A DNA stretch of 64,000 bases from NCBI GenBank assembly GCA_965208575.1, contig CBDBOV010000001.1:224001-288000 (forward strand). Reading direction: 5' to 3'. The translations under genes and the position numbers were made by a program. The notes under the pieces were generated by a model. That model was not told the DNA's origin. It did not search any database and was given only the letters and a program-made list of their open reading frames with translations. Positions 10,332 to 19,263 of this stretch are shown one piece after another. The stretch is from Spirochaetia bacterium. Lineage in GTDB: Bacteria; Spirochaetota; Spirochaetia; SZUA-6; Bin103. Position 1 is the stretch's first letter, and the number at the start of each line of letters is the position of its first letter.

Positions 10332-13214
10332 TCACTCCTTGACCACGACCGTGATGCGGTTCTCGGCCTCCGCGCTGACCAGCATGCGGACCGTGCCGGT
10401 GTTGCGCCCGAGCGTGGCGATCGCGTTGGAGTGCGGCGGCTGGATGCGGTCGCTGAGGCTGGTCAGGGAGTGCAGGTACGGCCCCTCCTGGGACGAGCGG
10501 CTCGCCAGGTCCGGCCCGATGCAGTCCGACACTATCTCCGGCGGGTCGTAGCGGTAGTTGTACAGGTTGATCGAGCCCAGCCGGTACTCCACGCCGCCGG
10601 CGTGCGAGGCGGTCCAGGTGCCCCGGTTGTAGCGGTACGGCGCCGCGGCCGCGGTGTTGTCCGACAGCAGGGTCGCCACCGCCCAGTCGGCGAGCAACTG
10701 TCCGAACGGGACGTCATGGCCCATCGCCCGCAGCGCCGCGTCGACCGCCGGGAAGCCGGCCTTGTCGCTCTGCACGATTGCGCTGAACAGCTCGGCGCCG
10801 CCGTAGGTGCGCGCCAGGTAGGCGCCGAAGGCGTACTTGCCGGCGTAGTCGGCGATCTTGCGGTTCCACACGGTGACCCGTTGGTCGTTGAACAGGTTGT
10901 AGTAGGGCAGGCGGCCGCGGCGGTTGCCCGGCGCGCCCGCCGTCGGGTCGTCGTAGGCGACGCCGCGCGGTCCGCGCACCATCATCTTGTCGGCGACCAG
11001 GTCCTGCGCCACCTCCGAGGCCATCTCGTTGAGCCAGATTTCGCTGACGGTGTTGCGCAGCACCGGCTTCTGGTAGAAGTGGATCATGTGCTGAAACTCG
11101 TGGGCGAGGGCGCTGATCATGCGGCTCGGCTGGGGGTCGGTGATCTCCCAGGTGGGACCATCCGGTATTGCAAACCATGGCGCGTCCATGAAGAAGGCGA
11201 GCCGCTCGGCCGTCAACTGCGGGCCGGGTTCGTCGGGGTCGCGCAGGAAGTTGTGCTTGCCCCAGAAGTACCCGCCGCGCCGGCATTCGCCCCGTTCCGG
11301 TGCGCCGTCGGCGTCGATGTCGTGCAGCAGCACGTGGATCTCGCGCGCGGCCGCCGGCGGAATCAATCTCGCACTCCCGTGCGGCCCCCACGGCTCGCCG
11401 TAGATCGCCGTCACCCAGTCGTGGATGTCGTTGTCGGCGCCGGGGCGGAGAAACCGGTCCGCCATGGCGTCGACCATCTCGGCGGTGACGCACGGCCCGG
11501 CGCCGCGGCAGCCGGCCCCCCAGTCGTCGTCGGCCACCCAGAACGCCGCCGTGCGCGAACCGTCGGTAACCACCCTGCGGGCGGTCGCCGGGATAGGGAC
11601 CAGGTTGCGGTCGTCGTCCTGGTCGTAATAGGTGAACCGGTCGCCTTCCGCCACCGGGTCGGGCCCGGCCTGCGCGTGCGCACGCCGGCTCGCGCGCGCC
11701 GACGGGGCGGGCAGCGGCGGGTTGTTGTTGAACTCGGTGATCCACTCGCGCTCGCCGAGCGACGGGATCGTTGCCGGTCGCGGCGCCGGCTGGTACTCGG
11801 CCGGCAGTTCGTCCAGCAGCCCCTTGGCGACGGCCTCGACCCGGTCGAGTCTCCGGACCTCCGGCTGCACGTCGTAGTACGCGGTGTTGGTGGCGATCAG
11901 GTACACCTCGGCCGTGGCATCGCCGAGGTCGAGCGTGTATACCGTCTTGTCGAGGGTCTCGCCGTCCGCGTTGAGGACGAACACCTGGTCGCCGTGCCCG
12001 CGGTAGGTGGAGCCGAGGCGCCTGGTGCGCGGCGGCGGGCCGTCGCCCACCTCGAACCGGGTGATCTCGCGCTCGTCGCGCGGGCCGACACGCGTCCCGG
12101 GACCGGTGAAGGTGCCGGAGAAGGTGCTGACCTGTCCGTGGTTGTACACGCTGACGACGTAGTTGGTCTGCTCCACCGTGCCGCAGTTCCACCAGTGGTC
12201 GAGGCGCACCTCCCAGAGCCCTTCCGGCGGCGTGCCGCGCGTCCACCCGATGTGCTCGTTGCGGATCCAACTGCGACGGCCGCATTCCGAGTTGAGGCGG
12301 AAAAAGCCGCCGGTGCTCGACTCGGTGTTGCCGTAGTAGACCGCCTCGCCGGTGCCGTCCACCACGGTCAGGTCCAGGTCGGCGGCCGAATCCCACGACA
12401 CGGTTACCATCACGTCCGCGAAGTCGATGGCGGCGTGCAACACCTCGTGGCACGTGACCGGACCGACCGCGCCGCCCGCGTCCACCGCGGCCACGTTCAC
12501 GCAGCCGGTTTCGATCTCGGGGTCGACGTCGAAGCGGACCTGCCCGCGCACCTGGTACGATGCCGCGGTATCCGAAAGGTCGACCTCGTAGTAGCCGAAG
12601 CGCTCGTCGCCCACCGATACGAGCAGCTTGTCGACGCTGGCGCCGGGCTCCGGCGTAACGTCGACGAACGCCGTTCCTCCGGCCATGAGAACCCGGTTGC
12701 CCGAGACGGTGACGGCAGGGCCTCCGCTCGGCTCAGGCAGATCCGCGAACTTCGCCACTCCGGTGTCGTCTCCCACCGAGACCGCGGATATGATCGACCT
12801 GACAATGGTCCGGGGTTCGACGGTGATGGCGAAGCTCAACGTGTCGGACCTGCCGTTCACGTCCCGCACCCGGTAGGTGAGGGGGTACTCGCCCTGCGCG
12901 GTGGGCGTGCCGCTGAGCGTGCGCTCGTCCGCGTCGAAGGCAAGCCCCGGCGGTATATCGGGACCGAGCGAATAGGTCAGCGTGCCGCTTCCGCCTTCGG
13001 CGAACGGCAGCACCACCGGTTTGATTTCGACATCGGCCTGGTAGGTCAGGTCGCGCACCGGGGCGGCGAACTCGGGTACGCGTACGGGCGCCGCCGTGGG
13101 GCAGCCGATCAGGGCCAGGGTGGTGAGGGCGGCCAGGAGGGCCGCGGCGACACGGCGATGACCGCGGGTGAGTGGCTGTATCGTGCCGTAACCGTATACA
13201 GGTTGTTTTATCAT
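10332..13214 (-). CDS. M30-like Zn metalloprotease lipoprotein, copy 2 (intact)
   Basis: ALAHEFQHMIHF and WLNEMASEVAQD; lipobox ALIGC; same domains and C-terminal ENRITVVVKE as copy 1; ATG 13214 lies 6 nt after TACAGT. Confidence 0.85.
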   Translation of the reverse strand: MIKQPVYGYGTIQPLTRGHRRVAAALLAALTTLALIGCPTAAPVRVPEFAAPVRDLTYQADVEIKPVVLPFAEGGSGTLTYSLGPDIPPGLAFDADERTLSGTPTAQGEYPLTYRVRDVNGRSDTLSFAITVEPRTIVRSIISAVSVGDDTGVAKFADLPEPSGGPAVTVSGNRVLMAGGTAFVDVTPEPGASVDKLLVSVGDERFGYYEVDLSDTAASYQVRGQVRFDVDPEIETGCVNVAAVDAGGAVGPVTCHEVLHAAIDFADVMVTVSWDSAADLDLTVVDGTGEAVYYGNTESSTGGFFRLNSECGRRSWIRNEHIGWTRGTPPEGLWEVRLDHWWNCGTVEQTNYVVSVYNHGQVSTFSGTFTGPGTRVGPRDEREITRFEVGDGPPPRTRRLGSTYRGHGDQVFVLNADGETLDKTVYTLDLGDATAEVYLIATNTAYYDVQPEVRRLDRVEAVAKGLLDELPAEYQPAPRPATIPSLGEREWITEFNNNPPLPAPSARASRRAHAQAGPDPVAEGDRFTYYDQDDDRNLVPIPATARRVVTDGSRTAAFWVADDDWGAGCRGAGPCVTAEMVDAMADRFLRPGADNDIHDWVTAIYGEPWGPHGSARLIPPAAAREIHVLLHDIDADGAPERGECRRGGYFWGKHNFLRDPDEPGPQLTAERLAFFMDAPWFAIPDGPTWEITDPQPSRMISALAHEFQHMIHFYQKPVLRNTVSEIWLNEMASEVAQDLVADKMMVRGPRGVAYDDPTAGAPGNRRGRLPYYNLFNDQRVTVWNRKIADYAGKYAFGAYLARTYGGAELFSAIVQSDKAGFPAVDAALRAMGHDVPFGQLLADWAVATLLSDNTAAAAPYRYNRGTWTASHAGGVEYRLGSINLYNYRYDPPEIVSDCIGPDLASRSSQEGPYLHSLTSLSDRIQPPHSNAIATLGRNTGTVRMLVSAEAENRITVVVKE

Positions 13215-13309
13215 GTCGTGACTGTATAAATAACACAGTGATCTCATGTAGGGAACAGACTGAACCCGGACAGCAATCCCGCCCGTGGCGGCGCACCGGC
13301 GCGGGTCGA

Positions 13310-13503
13310 GCCTACGCCCGAGACGCGCTCGTTGCGGACGTTGTCGGACTTGTGCTCGTCGACTCTTGGGAAGCGGACGCCGCCGCTCTCGACCTTTCTG
13401 CTTGCGAAGTAGACTTCGTGGCTGGTCGGGTCGGCCACGTGCAGGTCCAGGTCGGCGTCGGTGTCCCAGGATACCGTGACCTGCACGTCGCTGTACTCGG
13501 TGC
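13310..13503 (-). pseudogene. Fourth protease paralog fragment (YfaP-like segment), part downstream of the insertion
   Basis: YSDVQVTVSWDTDADLDLHVADP...VYF...VESGG...VRNE matches the three paralogs. Confidence 0.8.
13496..13503. repeat. 8-bp target-site duplication, left copy (CTCGGTGC)
   Basis: Identical to 15576-15583; both copies directly abut the terminal inverted repeats. Confidence 0.9.
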
Positions 13504-13526
13504 GGGTGGGAACGCCGAAAGCGGTA
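13504..13526 (+). repeat. Left terminal inverted repeat GGGTGGGAACGCCGAAAGCGGTA
   Basis: The reverse complement of 15553-15575 is GGGTGCGAACGCGGAAAGCGGTA (2 mismatches). Confidence 0.9.
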
Positions 13527-13882
13527 GCCGTGGACCGAAAGTGAGATGCATGAGGCAGTACGGTGACTCAGTGATATGGAAGACGATGAAACCGATGCCC
13601 GAGCATCGCCGACCCACAGGAATTTCGGACCAGACAGCGTGCCGTCCCGGCAGATCGTGAGCACGGAAAAAATCGCGAAAAAACTGCGCGCACCCCTTGA
13701 CGCGATTTTCGGGGCTCATGGTGGCTCGCTACGGCCCGCGGCGGTCCCTCCGACTGCCCCGGAACGACTTGGCCTCCGTTGCCGCGACAGCGCCCCGTGG
13801 CGCGGCCTTCCAGGCGCCGTTTCGGCGCAGTCCAGGGCTCGGAAAAATATGTTATTTCCAATCCCATGTTATACTTATGAGT

Positions 13883-15457
13883 ATGAGTGAGTCGTCTTCG
13901 CCCACCCCCTGGTCCACCGTCGCCGCGCTGCCCGACTACCTCCTGCTGGCGCAGACCCGGCAGCTCGCCCGCCACGAACAGGCGCTGCAGATCCTGGTGC
14001 TCGACCACCTGCGCGAGATCGAGGCGCGCAGTCTCCACCTGACCCGCGGGTATGGCAGTCTGTTCGACTACGTGGTGCACGAACTGGGCTACACCGCGGC
14101 CGCCGCTTGGCGGCGCATCAAGGCGATGCGGCTGTGCACCGGGACCGGCGCTGCGCGTGAGCTGCTGCAGGACGGCTCGCTGAACCTGAGCAACGCGGCG
14201 CAACTGCAGAACCTGTTCGAGCGCAACGACCGCAGCCGGGGCCGCCCGCCGGTAAGTACCGGAGCAGGTGGCGCCGTGGGCGGTGCGCCACCGAGTGACG
14301 GCGCACCGGGCGAGCCGGGACCGGCGGCGCCGGCGCGCGGCGGCGAGCACGATCCGGCGCCACCGGCAGCCGGGCCGGTGCTGGACGCGGCGGCGCGGGA
14401 GAAGCTGGTCCGGCAGGCGGCGGGCAAGAGCACGCGCGAAGTGCAGCAGATGCTGGCCGAGGTGGACCCGGAGTTGGCGCAGCCGAGCGACCGGATGCGT
14501 GCGCTCGGAGGCGGGCGCTGGGAGTTGAAGGCGGCGGTCGACGCGGAGTGCCGGCATGGGCTGGAGAAGCTGCTGATGCTGCTGTCGCACACGGATCCGC
14601 ACCTGACGCTGGGCGGGCTGGTGGCGCGGCTGGTGCGAGACGGCCTGGACCGCTACGACCCGGCTCGGCCACCGCGTGTGCGGCGTACGGGCGGTGGCGG
14701 CTCGGTCGACGGCGCAGGATCCGCGAGCACGCCAGCGCGGCCTGCGGAAGTCGAGCATGGCGAAACGAACTCCACGGCGGTGCGGGATATTGTCCGCTGC
14801 TCCGATTCGGCGCCAAAGGAGTCCGCGCCGGTGGGGGACAGAGAGGGGCACACCACTTCGCCAGCGAAGTGCCGATCCGAAGCCCAACCCGGGCGCAGGC
14901 CGCACGCGGTGGCACGGAACGGCACCGGTCCGGCGGTTTCGGCGGCGAAGCGGGACACGGAGGCCGAGCGCGGCGGTTCGAAGTCTGCGCCGGTGCGGGA
15001 CACGGTCCGGCGCTCGGAGTCGGCGGCGAAGCGGCTTGCGTACGCCGCCGGGCATGGCGCGGTGGGGCCGGCGGTGCGTTCGCCGGCAGTGGAGCGGCAC
15101 CTTGCCGCGTTGCGCAGCCTCGGCGCGGTGCCGGGCTCCCGGTCGCGGTACATCCCGGTAGCGGTGAAGCGGGAGGTGTGGCGCCGCGACCAGGGTTGTT
15201 GCACCTATGTCGACCGCCACAGCGGGCGGCGCTGCGGCTCCCGCTATCGGCTGGAGATCGACCACATCGTGCCGTTCGCGCTCGGCGGCGGCGCGGAGCC
15301 GCGGAATCTGACGCTCCATTGTCGAGCGCACCACAGGTTGCGCCACGCTCAGCGCCATGCTCACGCCGAGAGTGTGCCGAATGAAGCCCGGCGCGCTCCG
15401 GTCTCCGCGGTCGATCCGAACGACCACGGGCGGACCGTCGGATCGCAGGCGGTGTAA
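13883..15457 (+). CDS. HNH endonuclease with a DUF222-like N-terminal region and a low-complexity linker
   Basis: N-terminal LDHLREIEARSLHLTRGYGSLFDYVVHELGY...RRIKAMRL. C-terminal RYIPVAVKREVWRRDQGCC...C...LEIDHIVPFALGG...NLTLHCRAHH. TGtTATACT lies 7 nt before ATG 13883 (alternative ATG 13877). Confidence 0.88.
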   Translation: MSESSSPTPWSTVAALPDYLLLAQTRQLARHEQALQILVLDHLREIEARSLHLTRGYGSLFDYVVHELGYTAAAAWRRIKAMRLCTGTGAARELLQDGSLNLSNAAQLQNLFERNDRSRGRPPVSTGAGGAVGGAPPSDGAPGEPGPAAPARGGEHDPAPPAAGPVLDAAAREKLVRQAAGKSTREVQQMLAEVDPELAQPSDRMRALGGGRWELKAAVDAECRHGLEKLLMLLSHTDPHLTLGGLVARLVRDGLDRYDPARPPRVRRTGGGGSVDGAGSASTPARPAEVEHGETNSTAVRDIVRCSDSAPKESAPVGDREGHTTSPAKCRSEAQPGRRPHAVARNGTGPAVSAAKRDTEAERGGSKSAPVRDTVRRSESAAKRLAYAAGHGAVGPAVRSPAVERHLAALRSLGAVPGSRSRYIPVAVKREVWRRDQGCCTYVDRHSGRRCGSRYRLEIDHIVPFALGGGAEPRNLTLHCRAHHRLRHAQRHAHAESVPNEARRAPVSAVDPNDHGRTVGSQAV

Positions 15458-15552
15458 GGCCGCGCTCCATCGCGCCGCCGATCCAGTTCGCCAGTCCCCG
15501 GATGTTCGCATCCGTGCCATCGAGCGGGTAGACCATGCTGCAATGACCTGCG

Positions 15553-15575
15553 TACCGCTTTCCGCGTTCGCACCC
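15553..15575 (-). repeat. Right terminal inverted repeat
   Basis: TACCGCTTTCCGCGTTCGCACCC, followed immediately by the TSD CTCGGTGC. Confidence 0.9.
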
Positions 15576-15633
15576 CTCGGTGCGGGCGCCGCCGACCACG
15601 TGGCACTCCGGCGGGCCCACCGCACCGCCGGAA
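15576..15633 (-). pseudogene. Fourth protease paralog fragment, part upstream of the insertion (includes right TSD 15576-15583)
   Basis: SGGAVGPPECH matches SSGAVGPSVCH, AGGAVGPVTCH and DSGASGPPACH in the paralogs. Confidence 0.75.
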
Positions 15634-15635
15634 CG

Positions 15636-15810
15636 GCCTGCTCTACGGCGACGTCGAAGACGCGCAACGCGACGGCCCAAATGTCGGGCCCGGCCGATCC
15701 GGCACACTCAGCCGGGCATCGGTCATCGTGATCAGTTGTCCCACGGGTACGCCAGTTTCGGTTGGCTATCTGCTGCGGGCCAAAGTGCAGCCGCGCGGGC
15801 CCCCGCGTCA
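15636..15810 (-). pseudogene. icd: Degenerate duplicate of the icd 5' end and upstream region
   Basis: Near-identical to about 6696-6902 (e.g. ggcatcggtcatcgtgatcagttgtcccacgggtac), with a deletion of about 31 bp. Confidence 0.85.
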
Positions 15811-15893
15811 TCCGTCACCGGTCCGCGTTCCGCCTTGGCGCCGCGGCGACGGCCGGCGCACCGCTACTGTGTGCTCCCGTGACCGGTTCGAGG

Positions 15894-16232
15894 TCAGCCG
15901 GGATTGCCGGCGAGGGTGTAGGAGTCTACCTGCAACTGGGCCGGCAACAGCGGTCTGTGTCCCTGCCGCACCACGCGCCCGCGTACCGTGACGTTGAATG
16001 GTTGCAGACGCTGCAGCTCGTCGGCGAGTTCGCCGACGAGCTCGTAGCGCTCCGATTCGGTGACGAGCACCAGCATCGTGAACGGCTCCGAGCCGGTCAC
16101 CACCACGTCGCCGCTCACCGCGATGACCTCGGCCGATTCCGGCGGTTCCGGCACGGCGGGCTGGTCCCCCGACGAGACGCACGCCAGCAGTAACCCGGCG
16201 GCCAGGGCCGCCGCCGCGCCGGCGCGCGTCAT
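15894..16232 (-). CDS. Small lipoprotein (partner B of the metalloprotease)
   Basis: Lipobox LLLAC; IAVSGDVVVTGSEP...YELVGE...VTVRGRVV...PAQLQV; ATGA overlap with the protease copy 3 stop. Confidence 0.78.
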   Translation of the reverse strand: MTRAGAAAALAAGLLLACVSSGDQPAVPEPPESAEVIAVSGDVVVTGSEPFTMLVLVTESERYELVGELADELQRLQPFNVTVRGRVVRQGHRPLLPAQLQVDSYTLAGNPG

Positions 16233-19153
16233 TCCTTGACGACCACCATGATGCGGTTTTCGCTCCCCGCGCTGACGGTCAGGCGGACCGTCCCGGTGGC
16301 GCGCCCGATGGTGGCGTACATGTTGGAGTGCGGCGGCTGCGAACGCGCGCTGAAGGTGCGCAGTGAGTGCAGGTACGGACCAAACAACGCCATGCGCCGC
16401 ACCTGCTCCGTGGTGAGGCCCTCGACCGACGCGCCTGGTGGCAGCCACGCGTAGTTGAACAGGTCGATCGATCCCAACCGGTATTCGATGCTGCCGACGT
16501 GCGATCTGGTCCAAGTCCCGGTATTGTAGCGGTGTGGGGCGGGGGCCGCGGTGTTGTCCGACAGCAGGGTGGCGACCGCCCAGTTCGCCAGAACGTCCTC
16601 GAACGACACGTCGTACCCGAGACCGCGCAGCGCACCCATGATCGCCTCAATGCCGTATGCATCGCTCTGCACGATCCGGCTGAACAACTCGGCGCCGTAG
16701 GTGCGGGCCAGGTAGGCGCCGAGCGCGTAGTTGATCGAGTAGTTGGCGAGACTCCGTTCCCAGATCGTCACCCGGATGTCGTTGAAGAAGTTGAATCTGG
16801 GCAGGCGGCCGCGGCGGTTGCCCGGTTCGCCCGCGGTGGGATCGTCGTGGGCGACGCCGCGCGGTCCTCCGATGACGAGCTTGTCGGCGATCAGATCCTC
16901 TGCCACTTCGGACGCCATTTCGTTGAGCCACGTCGCGCTGGCGGCGTCGCGCAGGACTATCTTCTGGTAGAAGTGGATCATGTGCTGGAACTCGTGCGCC
17001 AGGGTTCCGATGACGGTGCTCGGCCAGCCGTCGGTCACCTCCCAGGTTTCGCCGGTACGCGCTGCCAGCAGGGCGGAGTCCAGCACGAACAGCAACCGTT
17101 CGTTCGAGAACCGGAACAGCCGGTCGTCATCCTGCCTGATGACGCTGTGCACGCCCCAGAAGAAGCCGATGATGCGGCTTTCGTCCGGTTCCGGGATGCC
17201 GTCGTCCTCGACGTCGAACAGGAGAATGTGAATCTCGCCCGCCGCCTCCGGCGGAATCAGCGCCAGTTCCTCCTCCGGCGGAGGCGGATCGTACGGACCC
17301 CACGGGGCGCCGAACACGTTCGTGACCCAGTCGTAGATGTCGTTGCCGGCGCCGGGCCGGAGAAACCGCTGCGCTGTGGCGTCCACCATCTCCTGCGTCA
17401 CGCACTTCTCGGCGCCGCCGCATTGCGCGTGCCACTCGCTGTCGGCCACCCACAGCGCCGCGGTGACGGTGCCGTCCGTGACCACCTTGCGCGCGGTGGC
17501 TGGAATCTCGACGAGGTTCCTGTCGTCGTCACGGTCGCGGAAGGTGTACCGGTCGCCCTCGGCGACCGGTACCCTCTCTTCCTGCGACTGCGCACGCAGG
17601 TTTGCGCTCTGTCCGGACGATCCGCCCAGGAACGGCGGGTGGTTGTTGAAATCCACGACCCAGTCCCGCTCGGGTGTCGGCTCGCTTACCGAGGGCCTCG
17701 GTTGCGGTTCGTATTCGGCCTCGGTCACGGCCGCGCGCCGGCCCTTGGCCTGGGCATCGAGGATGTCGAGCCGCTCGACGCTTGGATCGGCGCTGTAGGT
17801 CGCACCGTTGGTGGCAATCACGTACACGTCCGCCGAGGCGTCGCCGAGGCTCAGCGTGTACAGCGTATTGCGGAGGAGCTCGCCGTCCGGATTGAGAACG
17901 AACACCTGGTCGCCGCTGCCGCGGTAGCTGGACGAGATGGAGGGAAGAATCGGGGCCCGCTCCGCGCCCGGCACTTCGAATGTCGTGATCACTCGGCCGC
18001 TGCCGCGTCCGCCTTCGTTGCCGGGACCGGTGAACGTGCCGGAGAAGGTGCTGGTGCGGCCGTGGTTGTAGATGCTTACGATGTAGTCGATCTCTTCGAC
18101 TACGCAGCTCTCCCAGTGATTGACGCGCACCTCGTAGGGACCCGGCGGGGGAGTGCCGGCCGACCATCCGATGTGTTCGTTGCGCACAAACGGAAACTTC
18201 CCGCACGACGAGGCGATGTCGAGGACGCCGCCGCTTTCGACCCGCGGGCTGTTGAAGTAGACCTCGTCACCGTCGGGGGCCAGCACGTGCAGGTCCAGGT
18301 CGGCGTCGACATCCCACGACACGGTGATCTGCACATCGCCGCCGCCGGCCGCGACCACGTTCAGCGGGTGACACGCTGGCGGTCCGGACGCCCCGCTGTC
18401 ATCGACGGCGGTCACCTCGAGGCAGATTTCCGAGAGTGCCGGATCGAGATCGAAGGGGAGTTAGCCGGTGAGCCGATGCGGGGAGTGGGTGCTGCCCACG
18501 TCGACCTCGTAGTAGCCGAACGGCTCGCCGCCGATGGAGACCAGCAGCTTGTCCGCGGGGCGATCGGAGTCGACGTCGAGGAAGAACGACCCGCCGTTGA
18601 TGCCCACGACATTGCCGGTCAGGGCGATGGCCGGTCCGCCGCCGGGTGCCGGCACGTTCTCGAATCTCAGCCGGCCCTCCACGCCGCTGGCGGCGACGGC
18701 CGACAAGATGGTCCTGACGACGGTGGATTGTTCCACGGTGATGGTGAAATTGAGCGTCGCGGTGGCGCCCTCGGTATCCGTAGCCCGGTAGGCCATCGCG
18801 TAGTCGCCTACCTCGCTCGGCGTCCCGCTCAGGGTGCGGGCATTGGCGTCGAACGTAAGACCCGGCACGTTCGGGCTCAAGCTGTAGGTGAGGGCGCCGC
18901 GGCCCGCCGTGGCGGGGGGCAGCAGGAGTGTCGCAATCTCTCGGCCTGCCGGATAGGTGACTCCGAACTCGTCCATGGTCTCCAGGAACACCGGTGACGG
19001 TCCCTGTTCCTCCTCCGGCTTCGGTTCCTTCGATGCCGGGGTTGCGGCAGGGCAGCCGATGATGGCGAGCATGGCGAGCGCGGCCAGGAGAGCCGCGGCG
19101 AAGGTCCAGGGTCGACGGTGCCGGCGCGCACTGCGGATTAGTGTTCGTTTCAT
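16229..19153 (-). pseudogene. M30-like metalloprotease lipoprotein, copy 3, with one in-frame TAA at 18461-18463
   Basis: ORFs 18461-19153 and 16229-18415 share a frame. HRLTG*LPFDLDPAL aligns with HRLVGEVRFDLDPAL and VRGQVRFDVDPEI. HEFQH is intact. Confidence 0.85.
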
Positions 19154-19263
19154 GTCGTAATCGTATACTTAACATAACGTCCACAGGCAGGGAACAGCTA
19201 CCCCCGGTATCGGCGCCGTGGTCCGCCGCGCGCCGCTTGCAGGCGGTGTGGTAGGGTGGCGGG

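Larger units (their letters stand above)
13504..15575. mobile_element. 2,072-bp element bounded by terminal inverted repeats, carrying an HNH endonuclease and no recognisable transposase
   Basis: 23-bp TIRs (21/23 identical) and an exact 8-bp TSD. Removing it restores SGGAVGPPECHVVGGARTE|YSDVQVTVSWDTDADLDL in frame. Confidence 0.88.

Noticed and set aside
10181-10335. ORF-track extended starts for protease copy 1 (10335), copy 2 (13664) and HNH (13697)
   Set aside because: They run through intergenic remnants or element ends and would bury the signal peptides; paralog alignment and -10 spacing support the shorter starts.
13883-15457. HNH protein as IscB or Cas9-like
   Set aside because: No RuvC motifs or PLMP N-terminus are visible and there is no CRISPR array.
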